The position numbers were made by a program, and so were the translations under genes. A stretch of DNA of 64,000 nucleotides from an uncultured Gammaproteobacteria bacterium (GTDB lineage: Bacteria > Patescibacteriota > Microgenomatia > CAYSOG01): contig CAYSOG010000005.1 of NCBI GenBank assembly GCA_964432675.1, forward strand, positions 910-64,909. Direction: 5' to 3'. Below the pieces are notes generated by a model. That model searched no databases and was not told where the DNA came from. It worked only from the letters and a program-made list of their open reading frames with translations. Shown here piece after piece: positions 36,204 to 46,760 of this stretch. Within the stretch, counting starts at the first letter, position 1. Each line of letters starts with the position of its first letter.

Positions 36204-38891
36204 TCATCTACCATGACATTTCTTATATTTTTTGCCGGAGCCACAGGGGCATGGGTCATTGCGGCCGACTTTGGTGGGGCGGGAAGTGGCTTGGGCAAAG
36301 GCGCCGGCGGGTGCGGCACCATTTGGAGCTGGTTGAACGCCTGGCTGTTGTTGGGGTTGCACTTGGACTTTGAAAATGCGGCGGATAATTTCGTAGTCAA
36401 TTTGGCCAAGCAACTTTTCGAACATGTTGTAGGCTTCGGCCTTGTATTCGACGAGTGGGTCTCGCTGACCGTAACCACGCAAGCCAATGCCTTCGCGCAA
36501 ATCTTCAACGGCATCTAAATGGTTAACCCATAAATTGTCAATGACAGACAAATAGACAGCTTTCTCAATTTCTCGAGAAAGTTGCGGACCGTATTGTTGT
36601 TCCCGCTGCTCGTAGACTTTTTTGGCAAGGTCGAACAAGAAATCGCTAACTTTTTCAGCATTCACCTGCTTGGCTAATTCCTCGCGTAATTGTTTTTGTG
36701 AAGATTCATCAAAGGGAATGATCAGTAAAAATTCTTGCAATATTTTATCGTAGTTAATTTCAGTAGTACCTTCTTCATTGGCGAATACTGTTGTAATGGA
36801 CCTAATTTCGCTATCGAGTTTGTCCATGACTTCATCGCGCAAGAATGAAGGTGGTTGCTCGCTGACTGTGCTCTTTTTGGACTTACCATCTTCAGCTGGT
36901 ATTGCTGTTGTGGCTTCTAAAACTTTTTTGCGCAAACCATATATTACTTCACGCTGCTTATTCATGACGTCATCGTATTCGACAACGTTTTTGCGGATAT
37001 CAAAGTTATGGGTTTCAACCTTTACCTGAGCTTGTTCGATCGCCTTTGAAACCATACCAGCTTCGAGTGGTACATCTTCTGGCAACTTAAACATTGTCAT
37101 GAGCCTGGAAACCTGGTCGCCACCGAATAGGCGCATAACGTCATCTTCTAAGGAAACGAAAAAACGGCTTTCCCCTGGATCACCTTGCCTGCCTGAACGG
37201 CCGCGGAGCTGATTGTCAATGCGTCGCGATTCGTGTCGCTCAGTTCCAACTACAAATAATCCACCGGCTTCGCTGGCTTTATTATCGAGCTTGATATCAA
37301 CACCACGGCCGGCAATGTTCGTCGCTAACGTAATAGCACCATGCCGACCACCTTCTGCTATAATTTTGGCTTCATGTTCGTGGTTTTTGGCATTTAGGGT
37401 TTGATGCGGAATTTTCTTCTTGGTTAACAATTTTGATAATGTTTCATTTTTCTCGACTGAAGTGGTGCCAATTAATACTGGTTGGCCTTTCTTGTGGACC
37501 TCGTTCACTAAGTTTGCCACAGCATCAAATTTGGCCTTAGCAGTTTTGTAGACGACGTCGGAATGGTCTTTGCGAACCATCGGCTTATTTGTTGGGATTA
37601 CGACAACATCCAAATTATAGATTTTATGTAATTCCTCAGCTTCAGTAACAGCGGTTCCGGTCATACCGGATAATTTTTCGTAGAGGCGGAAATAATTCTG
37701 GAAGGTAATCGTCGCCATGGTTTTTGACTCTTGCTTAATCTCAACGCCTTCCTTAGCTTCGACCGCTTGATGTAAGCCGTCAGACCAGCGCCTGCCAAAC
37801 ATTAACCGGCCGGTGAATTCATCAACGATAACAACTTCGCCTTCTTTAATTACATAGTCGCGGTCTTTTAAGTAAAGCGTTTTGGCTTTTAAGGCTTGTT
37901 CAATATGGTGGATTGTATCAAAGTCTTTTTCATATAGATTTGTAACACCAAGCAATTTTTCAACTTTCAAAATACCGTCTTCTGTTAATGCGGCAGTCTT
38001 TAATTTTTCGTCAATGGTGTAGTCTTTTTCTGCAGAAAGCTTTTGGACAAGGGAAGCAAATTCGTAGTACTTTTGGGTGGGCTCGGTGTCGGGTGCTGAA
38101 ATAATCAGTGGTGTTCGGGCTTCGTCGATAAGAATAGAGTCAATTTCATCAACAATCGCGTAAACATGGCCGCGCTGGACCATATCACCTAAACTATAGA
38201 CCATGTTGTCGCGCAGGTAATCGAAACCATATTCGTTATTCGTGCCGTATAAAATATCGGCCAAGTAGGCATCGCGGCGGTTGGCTTGGCGCAGGAACCG
38301 GCCAACTCCTAAACCACCCTCGTCAGGGCTTAAGGCAACATCTTCTTCAAGATGGACTTCTGTTTCTTCCTCTGTCGTTGATTTTGGATTTGGATCGTAA
38401 ATAAAAGATTTTTCGTGGTTAATGGCGGCAACACTAATACCTAAGGCGTGGAAAATCGGGCCCATCCACTCGGCGTCACGACGCGCGAGATAGTCATTGA
38501 CCGTCACAATGTGAACTCCGCGGCCGGTTAGGGCATTTAAATACGCTGCAGTTGTTGCCGATAGCGTTTTGCCTTCCCCTGTGCGCTGTTCTGCAACCTT
38601 CCCTTGATGTAAGGTAATACCGGCAACAAGTTGGACATCATAATGACGCTGGCCAATTGTTCGGCTGGCAGCTTCACGAACGCAGGCAAATGCTTCTGGC
38701 AGTAAATCATCGAGTGTCTCACCGCGTTCTAAACGCAGCTTAAACTCTTGGGTCTTGGCTTTTAACTTTGCATCAGAGAGTTTTTTGGTTGCGGGTTCAT
38801 GACTATTTATAGCATCAACAAGCGGCTTTAAGCGGTTGATTTCCTTTTCGTTAGAATCTAAGACCTTTGATAAAATATTAAACATAGTCAA
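36204..38891 (-). CDS. secA: Preprotein translocase ATPase SecA
   Basis: DEAD-like motor motifs, the wing/scaffold region and the C-terminal zinc-binding tail CPCGSGKKYKKCHG. 895 aa. Confidence 0.95.
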   Translation of the reverse strand: MTMFNILSKVLDSNEKEINRLKPLVDAINSHEPATKKLSDAKLKAKTQEFKLRLERGETLDDLLPEAFACVREAASRTIGQRHYDVQLVAGITLHQGKVAEQRTGEGKTLSATTAAYLNALTGRGVHIVTVNDYLARRDAEWMGPIFHALGISVAAINHEKSFIYDPNPKSTTEEETEVHLEEDVALSPDEGGLGVGRFLRQANRRDAYLADILYGTNNEYGFDYLRDNMVYSLGDMVQRGHVYAIVDEIDSILIDEARTPLIISAPDTEPTQKYYEFASLVQKLSAEKDYTIDEKLKTAALTEDGILKVEKLLGVTNLYEKDFDTIHHIEQALKAKTLYLKDRDYVIKEGEVVIVDEFTGRLMFGRRWSDGLHQAVEAKEGVEIKQESKTMATITFQNYFRLYEKLSGMTGTAVTEAEELHKIYNLDVVVIPTNKPMVRKDHSDVVYKTAKAKFDAVANLVNEVHKKGQPVLIGTTSVEKNETLSKLLTKKKIPHQTLNAKNHEHEAKIIAEGGRHGAITLATNIAGRGVDIKLDNKASEAGGLFVVGTERHESRRIDNQLRGRSGRQGDPGESRFFVSLEDDVMRLFGGDQVSRLMTMFKLPEDVPLEAGMVSKAIEQAQVKVETHNFDIRKNVVEYDDVMNKQREVIYGLRKKVLEATTAIPAEDGKSKKSTVSEQPPSFLRDEVMDKLDSEIRSITTVFANEEGTTEINYDKILQEFLLIIPFDESSQKQLREELAKQVNAEKVSDFLFDLAKKVYEQREQQYGPQLSREIEKAVYLSVIDNLWVNHLDAVEDLREGIGLRGYGQRDPLVEYKAEAYNMFEKLLGQIDYEIIRRIFKVQVQPQQQPGVQPAPNGAAPAGAFAQATSRPTKVGRNDPCPCGSGKKYKKCHGR

Positions 38892-39093
38892 GTGTCTATT
38901 TTAGCACGTTTTTGCTTTGTTTTCTAGTAATATCATGGAAAATTGACATTAGGAGGCCAAAACTAATTACCAATATTTTAGTTTGAGATTTTCATTTCAA
39001 ATTTGCGATTTACGATTTGTATTTTGTGATTAAGTTATTTGACAAACCTCTTTTTCCGCCTGTAAACTGGAAGCATACTAAATATCATGCCAC

Positions 39094-39987
39094 ATGGACC
39101 CAAACGACCCAAACAATCCTGGTAGCTCACCACCTAGTAGTCCGCCACCAGCCGCGGACCAAGGTGCTTCGCAAGAAGTTACTTTAGATGCGCTATATGG
39201 GCCATCATCGCCAACCAGTCAAAGTACACCAACCCAAGATACATCAGCAGCAGGATCACCACCACTACCTGAAGCACCGATAAATGAACCTGCAATACCC
39301 CAAGACACCCTAGGGGCAGGTACAACACCGCCAGTCGATCAGCCTGCAACAGTGGAACCTACAATTGGCCAAGAAGTACCACCATCACCTGATTTAGGCT
39401 ATGGTGCACCTCCGGCCGGTGACCAGCAGGGTTACCCTCCAGAAACACCACAAACAGCAGGTGGTGCTGAGCAATTTTATCAAGACTTAAGCCCTGATGC
39501 CCAACCGCCAGTCGACCAGCCCACCGAAGTAGCACCACCTGAAGATTATGCTGCAGGGACAACTAATGACCAGTTACAGGAACAGCCGTCATATGCATCT
39601 CCTGAGGAAGTACAACCGGTTGACCAAACCGAACCGGCCATGGAACCAGGAGCCGGCGGCGGACTGCCACCTATCCCATCACGATCAAAAATGCCATTTA
39701 TTATTTTAGGCGCCGTGGTTGTGATTATGGTTTTGGCGCTTGTCGTTTTACTCGGGCTTTCAAGAGCTCGGTCAACAAAAGTAGTCGCAACGCCAACACC
39801 ACACGCATCGGCCAGCGATATTCCAGTTACTTGTGAGGAAGACCCGCAAAATCCTGATTGCGTCCAGTCATCGCCATCAGATAGCTCCGGCAGTTTTTCA
39901 CCAGCGCCGAATAATTCCGGTGGCCCACTCCCCTCGCTCTCGCCACAGAAGTGCCAGCTTCTCTATGGCGGCCCTTGCCCACAATAA
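39094..39987 (+). CDS. Pro-rich, low-complexity membrane-anchored protein
   Basis: ~200 aa rich in P, Q, T and E, then one TM helix (FIILGAVVVIMVLALVVLLGL) and a Cys-containing C-terminal segment. Confidence 0.45.
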   Translation: MDPNDPNNPGSSPPSSPPPAADQGASQEVTLDALYGPSSPTSQSTPTQDTSAAGSPPLPEAPINEPAIPQDTLGAGTTPPVDQPATVEPTIGQEVPPSPDLGYGAPPAGDQQGYPPETPQTAGGAEQFYQDLSPDAQPPVDQPTEVAPPEDYAAGTTNDQLQEQPSYASPEEVQPVDQTEPAMEPGAGGGLPPIPSRSKMPFIILGAVVVIMVLALVVLLGLSRARSTKVVATPTPHASASDIPVTCEEDPQNPDCVQSSPSDSSGSFSPAPNNSGGPLPSLSPQKCQLLYGGPCPQ

Positions 39988-40035
39988 AAAAGCATCTTTG
40001 AGTATGTTTAACAAGACCTATACAACTTATAAGTC

Positions 40036-41328
40036 TTATATGTTCTTTGGAAGAATTTTTGCCTTACCAATAAATGGCTGAAGTACTTTGGGGATCGTTA
40101 CACTCCCGTCTTCTTGCTGGTTATTTTCTATAATGGCGACTAAGGTGCGGCCGATGGCAAATGCTGTTGCGTCGTTCATATGAACATATTCTGTCGATCC
40201 ATCTGACTTTCGCACCTTCGTACCAAGTCTACGAGCTTGGTAATCGGTCATTAAATCAGAAGTATGTGTTTCTCGGTACTTATGTTGTGATGGCACCCAG
40301 GCTGCGATATCTAATTGTCTTGCATCAGGGCTACCCATATCTCCGGTGCAAATTAAAACAACACGGTAAGGAATTTCCAACTGTTGCATTAAATATTCTT
40401 GGATTGCGACAATAAAATCTTGTTCCATTTGCGAATGCTGTGGCAAAGTGAAGCTTTCCATTTCTAATTTATCAAACTGGTGGACACGTAAAATGCCTTT
40501 AGTATCTTTACCGTACGACCCGGCTTCACGGCGGAAGGCAGATGAAAAACCAATGTACCGCAACGGCAGCTGGTCCTCGGGAATTTGCTGGTCCATGTGC
40601 ATCGGACCTAAGGTATGCTCTGCAGAACCGACAAGGTAAAGGTCATCACGCTCTAAGTGATAACGCTCGACTTCCTGCTCTGGACTTAACCGCCCCATTC
40701 TAGTGTAGACATCGGGGCGGATCATCATTGGCGGCAGTACTGGGACAAACGGCTCCGGACTGTACCAATCGGCAATATCATGGGCAATTTTTTGCAGTAT
40801 ATCCCGATTTGTAAGAACAGAAAAGGTGAATTGGATTAACGCCATTTCAAGTAGTACAGCTTCATTTTTGAGGTAATTAAATCGAGCACCGGTAACATTG
40901 GCTGCAGTATCAATATCAATGATATCAAGCAATTTTCCCAACTCGACATGGTCCTTCACAGGAAAAGTAAATTCGCGCGGGTTACCCCACTTTCTAACTT
41001 CGACATTTTCCTCCTCGTCTTTGCCAACCGGGACATCGGCAAGCGGCATGTTGGGCACTTTCATGAGCCAGTCGTCCAGTTCCTGTTTCAGGGCAGAAAG
41101 CGCGTGTTCTTCTTTTTCGAGTTTTTCCTTGATGCGCTTGCCTTCTTCGATATTTCGTTCCTTAGCAACCTTATTCCGTTCCTCTTGCAGCTTTTGGACC
41201 GATTGGAGTGCTTTTCGGTATGCTTCGTCTATTTCAAGAATGTGCTGAACATTGACGTCAACCCGCTTCTCTTGCGATTTTCTCTGCACTAATTCCGCAT
41301 TTTCTCGAATAAATTTAATATCTAGCAT
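40036..41328 (-). CDS. serS: Seryl-tRNA synthetase
   Basis: N-terminal coiled-coil arm (MLDIKFIRENAELV...) and class II core motifs, with the C-terminal GRTLVAIIENNQQEDGSVTIPKVLQPF. Confidence 0.9.
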   Translation of the reverse strand: MLDIKFIRENAELVQRKSQEKRVDVNVQHILEIDEAYRKALQSVQKLQEERNKVAKERNIEEGKRIKEKLEKEEHALSALKQELDDWLMKVPNMPLADVPVGKDEEENVEVRKWGNPREFTFPVKDHVELGKLLDIIDIDTAANVTGARFNYLKNEAVLLEMALIQFTFSVLTNRDILQKIAHDIADWYSPEPFVPVLPPMMIRPDVYTRMGRLSPEQEVERYHLERDDLYLVGSAEHTLGPMHMDQQIPEDQLPLRYIGFSSAFRREAGSYGKDTKGILRVHQFDKLEMESFTLPQHSQMEQDFIVAIQEYLMQQLEIPYRVVLICTGDMGSPDARQLDIAAWVPSQHKYRETHTSDLMTDYQARRLGTKVRKSDGSTEYVHMNDATAFAIGRTLVAIIENNQQEDGSVTIPKVLQPFIGKAKILPKNI

Positions 41329-41331
41329 AAG

Positions 41332-41667
41332 CTATTCCTCAGAAACATGACCGTTGGCATAGGGAACTCCAACATTCTGTTGCTCGTATCGTACCTGTAT
41401 TCCCTCTATATCTTTCGGATATGTATCTAAAATTTCTTCACTCGGCAAACTACCAAGTCCAATACGAATACCCCAGGCCACACTACCATCCTCCGCATCA
41501 TAGGCATACGTACCAACGACATGTATATCCTGCATGAGTAGCCCTTCCCATTTTCTTTTAATCGACAGCATTGCGTCGTATGCTGGTGTATTGGTTTCCA
41601 GAAGTTTTCCAGTAAGTTCCCCTCGTTCACTCATAATGCACTCCTTTTGTTTTTTGACATATGCCAA
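41332..41667 (-). CDS. Hypothetical small protein
   Basis: ORF only. Confidence 0.35.
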   Translation of the reverse strand: MAYVKKQKECIMSERGELTGKLLETNTPAYDAMLSIKRKWEGLLMQDIHVVGTYAYDAEDGSVAWGIRIGLGSLPSEEILDTYPKDIEGIQVRYEQQNVGVPYANGHVSEE

Positions 41668-41703
41668 CCTCTTATCTCTATTCTCTAAAGAGAGACAGTA
41701 AAA

Positions 41704-42297
41704 TTAAAGACCTAATTGATCGTCGATTTTCTTCATGGCGTCTAGGACAATTTGGGTAAATACATCTAATGGCAGTCCTAATTCTGTTTCGCAGGTTTTG
41801 ATCATTTCACGGTCAGCACCTTTGGCGAATGATGGCTCTTTGAAACGCTTTAAGACAGAATCAACAGTTAAACCTTCAAGTTTTTTATCCGGGCGGACTA
41901 ACGCTGCGGCGACAATCAGCCCTGTTAATTCGTCTGCCGCATAAATGGCTTTAGCCATTAATGTCTCCCTCACAGCCTTATTCGCATGCCCGCGGACTGC
42001 CTGGATAATGCGGTCAATTTGATCTTTCGATTCTGGATCATTCTCAATATATTCTTTAAGTTTTTCGGTTGTTTCCTCGGTATGCCGTTCAGCTGATTTT
42101 TCAGTCACTTCGTAGTCAACATCATGCAGCATGCCGGAAATTTCCCAATCTTCTCTTGTTGTACCCTCGTTGGTTGCTTCAACCTCAAAGTGATCAAAGA
42201 GTGTACCCATCGCAGCCCCGGCCGCATAGCAATGTGACCTTAAATTCTTGTTCTGTAACATTTCAGTAATAAGTTTTTCAGCATCAGCCTTCGTCAT
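41704..42297 (-). CDS. HD-domain phosphohydrolase
   Basis: H..A, SGMLHDVDYE (HD motif). The start is placed at the internal Met MTKADAEK, which is preceded on the coding strand by AAGGAGAcaacgATG. The longer ORF would overlap lysS by ~90 bp. Confidence 0.55.
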   Translation of the reverse strand: MTKADAEKLITEMLQNKNLRSHCYAAGAAMGTLFDHFEVEATNEGTTREDWEISGMLHDVDYEVTEKSAERHTEETTEKLKEYIENDPESKDQIDRIIQAVRGHANKAVRETLMAKAIYAADELTGLIVAAALVRPDKKLEGLTVDSVLKRFKEPSFAKGADREMIKTCETELGLPLDVFTQIVLDAMKKIDDQLGL

Positions 42298-43753
42298 CGT
42301 TGTCTCCTTTGTCAAGCGGACGGAGCGTCGGGAAAAAGACGGCTTCCCGCATTGGTAAGTCAACCAAATAAGCAAACACCCGCTCGCTCATACCGAAACC
42401 AGCGGTTGGTGGCATGCCATATTCCAGTGCTTGGACAAAATCTTCATCGGGCATTTGGGCTTCTTCATCACCGGCAGCACGCAGCTTGGCTTGCTCTTCA
42501 AAACGCTGACGCTGGTCAATTGGGTCGTTTAACTCGGAATAGCCGTTCGTTAATTCAGATCCGTACGCTAATAGTTGGACACGCTCAACCTGGTTCGGAT
42601 TTTCTTGGCGTCGTTTAGAAAGCGGTGAAACTTCGACAGGATGGTTAATTAAAAAAGTCGGTTCGATGATTGTTGGACGGACCGTCTTTTTATAAAGCAA
42701 ATCTATCAGGCGGCCTTTGCCGATATTTTTCTCCAATTTTAAATGCAGTTCATTTGCTTTGACTGTCAGATCGGCAACAGACGCTTTTTCAAGATTAAGC
42801 CCTGTTTCTTTTTTAAATGCTTCAAAATAGTCAAGTCGCTTGAAATTGTTGCTCCAGTCTACTTTATGTCCGTGTGATTCGATTGCCAACGTCCCAAATG
42901 TTTTCTTAATAACATCTTGGAACATTTTTTCCGTCAAGTCCATGAGTTGCTCATAATCAGCATACGCCCAGTAAAATTCCATTTGCGTGTAATCCTGCAA
43001 ATGTTCGGCATCAATACCTTCATTGCGGAAAATGCGGCCGATTTCGAAAATCTTTTCAAACCCGCCAACTAATAATCGTTTTTGGTAAAGCTCGATCGAG
43101 ATGCGCAAATATAAATCGATGTCCAGGGCATTATGGTGGGTAATAAACGGCCGGGCTTCGGCACCTCCGGGAATTAATTCAAGCGCCGGTGTTTCGACTT
43201 CGATGAAGCCGTTATCGACAAGGAACTGTCGCACGTTTTGCCAAAATAGCGCCTTCTTTTTGAAAATTTCTTTAAGATCAGGATGATAAAGTAAGTCCAA
43301 ATATCTTTGACGCAACCGTGTCTCGATGTCTTTAACACCATAATATTCCGACGGCATCGGGCGAATGGATTTTGTTAACAGTATGACTTTTTGGGCTTCA
43401 ACCGTTAGTTCACCAGCTTGTGTCTTTATGAGCTTACCTTCAACTTGCAAGAAGTCTCCCGGATCTACATTATTAATGAGCTCATAGCTTGTATCACCTA
43501 GCGTATCTTTGCGGAACCAAAGCTGGATTTGGCCCGATTCGTCCCGTAGATCTGCAAATGTTGAGCCACCGTGGCCTCGTAGCGAAATGAGGCGCCCCAC
43601 TAGTCGGACTTGTGACTCTAAGGACATATCCCGCGCTTGATCAATGGTTTGGTCACGCGATGATTTCGCCGGATATGGATTAATGCCGGATTTTTGAATT
43701 TTCGCTAATTTATCTAACCGAGATTGGATTAAATCGTCGCCACGTGCAGCCAT
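42284..43753 (-). CDS. lysS: Lysyl-tRNA synthetase, class II
   Basis: N-terminal OB anticodon-binding domain, FIEVETP (motif 1 region), IFRNEGIDAEHLQDYTQMEFYWAY (motif 2) and the C-terminal GFGMSERVFAYL. Confidence 0.9.
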   Translation of the reverse strand: MAARGDDLIQSRLDKLAKIQKSGINPYPAKSSRDQTIDQARDMSLESQVRLVGRLISLRGHGGSTFADLRDESGQIQLWFRKDTLGDTSYELINNVDPGDFLQVEGKLIKTQAGELTVEAQKVILLTKSIRPMPSEYYGVKDIETRLRQRYLDLLYHPDLKEIFKKKALFWQNVRQFLVDNGFIEVETPALELIPGGAEARPFITHHNALDIDLYLRISIELYQKRLLVGGFEKIFEIGRIFRNEGIDAEHLQDYTQMEFYWAYADYEQLMDLTEKMFQDVIKKTFGTLAIESHGHKVDWSNNFKRLDYFEAFKKETGLNLEKASVADLTVKANELHLKLEKNIGKGRLIDLLYKKTVRPTIIEPTFLINHPVEVSPLSKRRQENPNQVERVQLLAYGSELTNGYSELNDPIDQRQRFEEQAKLRAAGDEEAQMPDEDFVQALEYGMPPTAGFGMSERVFAYLVDLPMREAVFFPTLRPLDKGDNDDEG

Positions 43754-43916
43754 ATTTGAATAGTTAAATGTTGGTGCAGTATTATTTATCTCACAACCGT
43801 AATGAGTTAATTAAAACGCAATGTCGCTATAAGCCGAACTTGTAACCGGTAATGGCTCTATTGTAGTATAAAAAGCCGATAAGTTAAAGGAGGTGATTGC
43901 CTAAGCATTACTCGTA

Positions 43917-45365
43917 CTAGGGGTATACCCAGGCTCGAAGCTCTTGTTTCATTTCTTCCAAAACCGCTTCACTTATACGCTCTTCACGATATTTACCTTC
44001 CTTGAGCAGCCGCTCAACATACGCTACTTCATGCGTTGGGGTCATTTGTCCGCGGTGTAAATTAACAGCAAAAGCATGATGGCCACGCTCAGATAGCATG
44101 GAAGCAATAAGTGTATGGATCATGTAACCGCTACCATATGCATAACCATACGTAATTTCAAGTGGGTCATTGGTTTTTTCTTTCACCGTTTGTTCAAAAT
44201 TTGTCTCACTCGCATCGGGCACAAATGATCGGTACTTTTGCCAAGCTTTATCATAATCAAAATTTGGTGAATGTATAGCAACGTGCAAATTATGGTCAGC
44301 CATATTACGTAAGCCAGTTGTTGCAAAAGATAATATGCCCTCTTGGCCTAAACGCACCCTAAGTTCGGGAATAAAGTACGGTACAGTCTGTCCCCAACCT
44401 TCCGGTACTGGCTGCAGGGCGTGTGTGCCTTGGACGCCGAGCATGGTTGGCGTTGGAAAAGTGTTGCGGTATTGCTTTTTAAAAGCTTCTGCCTGGACAA
44501 TATGGGCAATTTCGTGCGCTCGGAATGCCCGTGCCTTGTGTTCAGTTAGGTCATTCACCCTGGCTTTGTTTGTATTAACCCGTAGGCGATAACGGTTTTC
44601 GTCATCAGGGTCAGTATCAGCATAGGCCACCCATTCATCTCTAACGTCGTCAAGTTCGGACCGTATCTGCGGTGCCATCCTCAGACCAACAAATCTTGAT
44701 ATTATGGCCACTTCTTCATCATTATCTGATAGAATGGCTAAAAATTCTTCGGGTGATATTCGCTTGGCCGACTTAAATGCCTGCACATTTTCTTGTGTGT
44801 AAGAAACGCCGGTTGTTTCCTCAAATAATTTCGCAACATGGCGGTGCATCCTATCCATCCAGATATCAGGAATACTTCGAAACTGCAAACCTTGTGTCCC
44901 TTCAATATAATAAGGCACATCAGTAAAGGCACGTGGGTCAATGGCTTCACCTTTTTCTCCACCGGTTCTAACGGCGTATAAACGTGAGGCATTAAGCTGC
45001 GCTAAGATAAAGTTACGGTTGCGGATTTCGTCAGGTGTATTAGCCGGCAAATACTTCGCTTGCTGTGAAAAAGAATCAAGCCTATCCACAATAAACCGTG
45101 GTGTTAGGCCATCGGCTTGCCCCCTAATCATTTGCTCCAGCCAGTCTTCTAATTCGTTTTTTGGTCCAAAACGCATGTCAACGATATCACCCTTACTTCG
45201 ACGTCTGCCTCTTGCTAAATACCAAGCGTTATAAAATCCAGTCGATTTTTCCCAAAAATCAGTAGTAACTTGCTCACGTTCAGTTACGCTAGCCTTGATA
45301 GCTTTTTTTCCTTCAGGTGTCACTGGCCTTGGTTTGAGACCACTGTCTGCTTCAATCATGCTCAT
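43917..45365 (-). CDS. Hypothetical protein with single HEXXH (putative zinc metallopeptidase-like)
   Basis: FRAHEIAHIVQAEAF. No TM helices. Family not recognised. Confidence 0.35.
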   Translation of the reverse strand: MSMIEADSGLKPRPVTPEGKKAIKASVTEREQVTTDFWEKSTGFYNAWYLARGRRRSKGDIVDMRFGPKNELEDWLEQMIRGQADGLTPRFIVDRLDSFSQQAKYLPANTPDEIRNRNFILAQLNASRLYAVRTGGEKGEAIDPRAFTDVPYYIEGTQGLQFRSIPDIWMDRMHRHVAKLFEETTGVSYTQENVQAFKSAKRISPEEFLAILSDNDEEVAIISRFVGLRMAPQIRSELDDVRDEWVAYADTDPDDENRYRLRVNTNKARVNDLTEHKARAFRAHEIAHIVQAEAFKKQYRNTFPTPTMLGVQGTHALQPVPEGWGQTVPYFIPELRVRLGQEGILSFATTGLRNMADHNLHVAIHSPNFDYDKAWQKYRSFVPDASETNFEQTVKEKTNDPLEITYGYAYGSGYMIHTLIASMLSERGHHAFAVNLHRGQMTPTHEVAYVERLLKEGKYREERISEAVLEEMKQELRAWVYP

Positions 45366-46747
45366 GACGTATATTCCCCTTCTTTGGTAGCTGGTAAGCG
45401 AACAGAAAAATGCTCAAATATCGAAAATGAACCATATTTTTCGACAAACCGCTTGGCGTCATCGTAGTTACCAATTGAAATGATGCGCTCTATTGACGTG
45501 ACTAGTTCTTCAACCGAAACGTATAACTTAGTAAAATTTGGCCAGGAAATGCCATTACTTTCCTTGATTGCCCCTGCTGCCAAAAAATAGTTCATGGCAA
45601 TAGCATAGCCGCGGGCGTATGGTTCGATATTGGTGTCTTTTAAGTAGTCTTGCCAGTTGGCAAATGCTGAACAAATAAACATGACCATAAGCGCCTCAAA
45701 CTCTTTTTGTTCCATGGCATCCTTAAGGAGCAGTGAACCGCAGGCCTTAATACCAAATGTTGAAGCCAGTAATTCATCAAAAATAGGGAATAATTCACCT
45801 AAACGTTCTTCGGCGTTGCGGTAACGGGTTAAGGGGTGTGATATCTCATGAAGTAGGGTGTTGTTAAACGAGGCTTTCCGTAAGATATCAGTCGGGTAAC
45901 CTTTTTGGAACTCATTTTCAAAAATTGATTGGAATATTGGCAGGCGCAGTGTATCAAAAACATGGTCCATAATGGGCATGAAAATAGTAATTTCCGAGCC
46001 GTAGCGTTCAACAAGATCGGCATCGTTTGGCAAATTTGTACTAGTGAACATAAACCGGGCAATCAGACCAGAAAAAATAACAACATTATCAACCCGAACC
46101 TGGATTTTATCTAAATAATCAACTTTTTCGGATGTCGCTAAGACTTTACGCCTTGCCGTGTAAATGTGGTCTGCTAACTGCAGCGAATCTTTGGTTGCAG
46201 CTCCGTTCATAATCCCTACCCAAGCTTGGTAAGCACACTTCTTAAAAAATAGTTTGTCTTCGTAACGTTCGATTGGGCCGATGACGATGTCAATTTTATA
46301 TGGTTTCATTGAAAGCCAAAAAATGTCGCTGGCTTCATAGGCGCCATCCAAAAGTGCATTCGCTTGAAATTCTAACCGTTTCGCGAATTCCTTGTTTTCA
46401 GTAAGTTGTGCCGCTTCGTTTAATTTTTCTGCAATTGGTAAAAGGAGGGCGTGGTACTTAACATGGTAAGGCACAGCAACTAATTTCCCCTTGTCATTGC
46501 GTTCGACGATAGTATAAGGGTCAAGGATGAGAGGATTTTCAATTGCGGCGTCTTCAATTTCTTCTTTTTTTGCGTCGTGTGGATAAAAATTGGCTCCAGG
46601 GTATTTTCTGTTTTCTTGCTGCAAATACAAGGCCGAAACTAACTCCGCCGCTTCTTTCAGCTTCGCAATAACCTGCCTTTCTGTCTGAGAAAGGTCTGAT
46701 AAGTCTACGGAAAACTCTCTTTGTGGGAGGAAGTTATCGGAAAGCAT
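45362..46747 (-). CDS. Hypothetical protein with single HEXXH (putative zinc metallopeptidase-like)
   Basis: NTLLHEISHPLTRY with acidic residues ~20 aa downstream. There is a 4-bp overlap with the preceding gene. Family not recognised. Confidence 0.35.
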   Translation of the reverse strand: MLSDNFLPQREFSVDLSDLSQTERQVIAKLKEAAELVSALYLQQENRKYPGANFYPHDAKKEEIEDAAIENPLILDPYTIVERNDKGKLVAVPYHVKYHALLLPIAEKLNEAAQLTENKEFAKRLEFQANALLDGAYEASDIFWLSMKPYKIDIVIGPIERYEDKLFFKKCAYQAWVGIMNGAATKDSLQLADHIYTARRKVLATSEKVDYLDKIQVRVDNVVIFSGLIARFMFTSTNLPNDADLVERYGSEITIFMPIMDHVFDTLRLPIFQSIFENEFQKGYPTDILRKASFNNTLLHEISHPLTRYRNAEERLGELFPIFDELLASTFGIKACGSLLLKDAMEQKEFEALMVMFICSAFANWQDYLKDTNIEPYARGYAIAMNYFLAAGAIKESNGISWPNFTKLYVSVEELVTSIERIISIGNYDDAKRFVEKYGSFSIFEHFSVRLPATKEGEYTS

Positions 46748-46760
46748 GGATTATCGCCTT

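Noticed and set aside
36197-36518. ORFs 36197..36514 (-) and 36213..36518 (+) at the 3' end of secA
   Set aside because: They overlap the conserved SecA C-terminal zinc-binding region and are low-complexity shadow frames of a confident gene.
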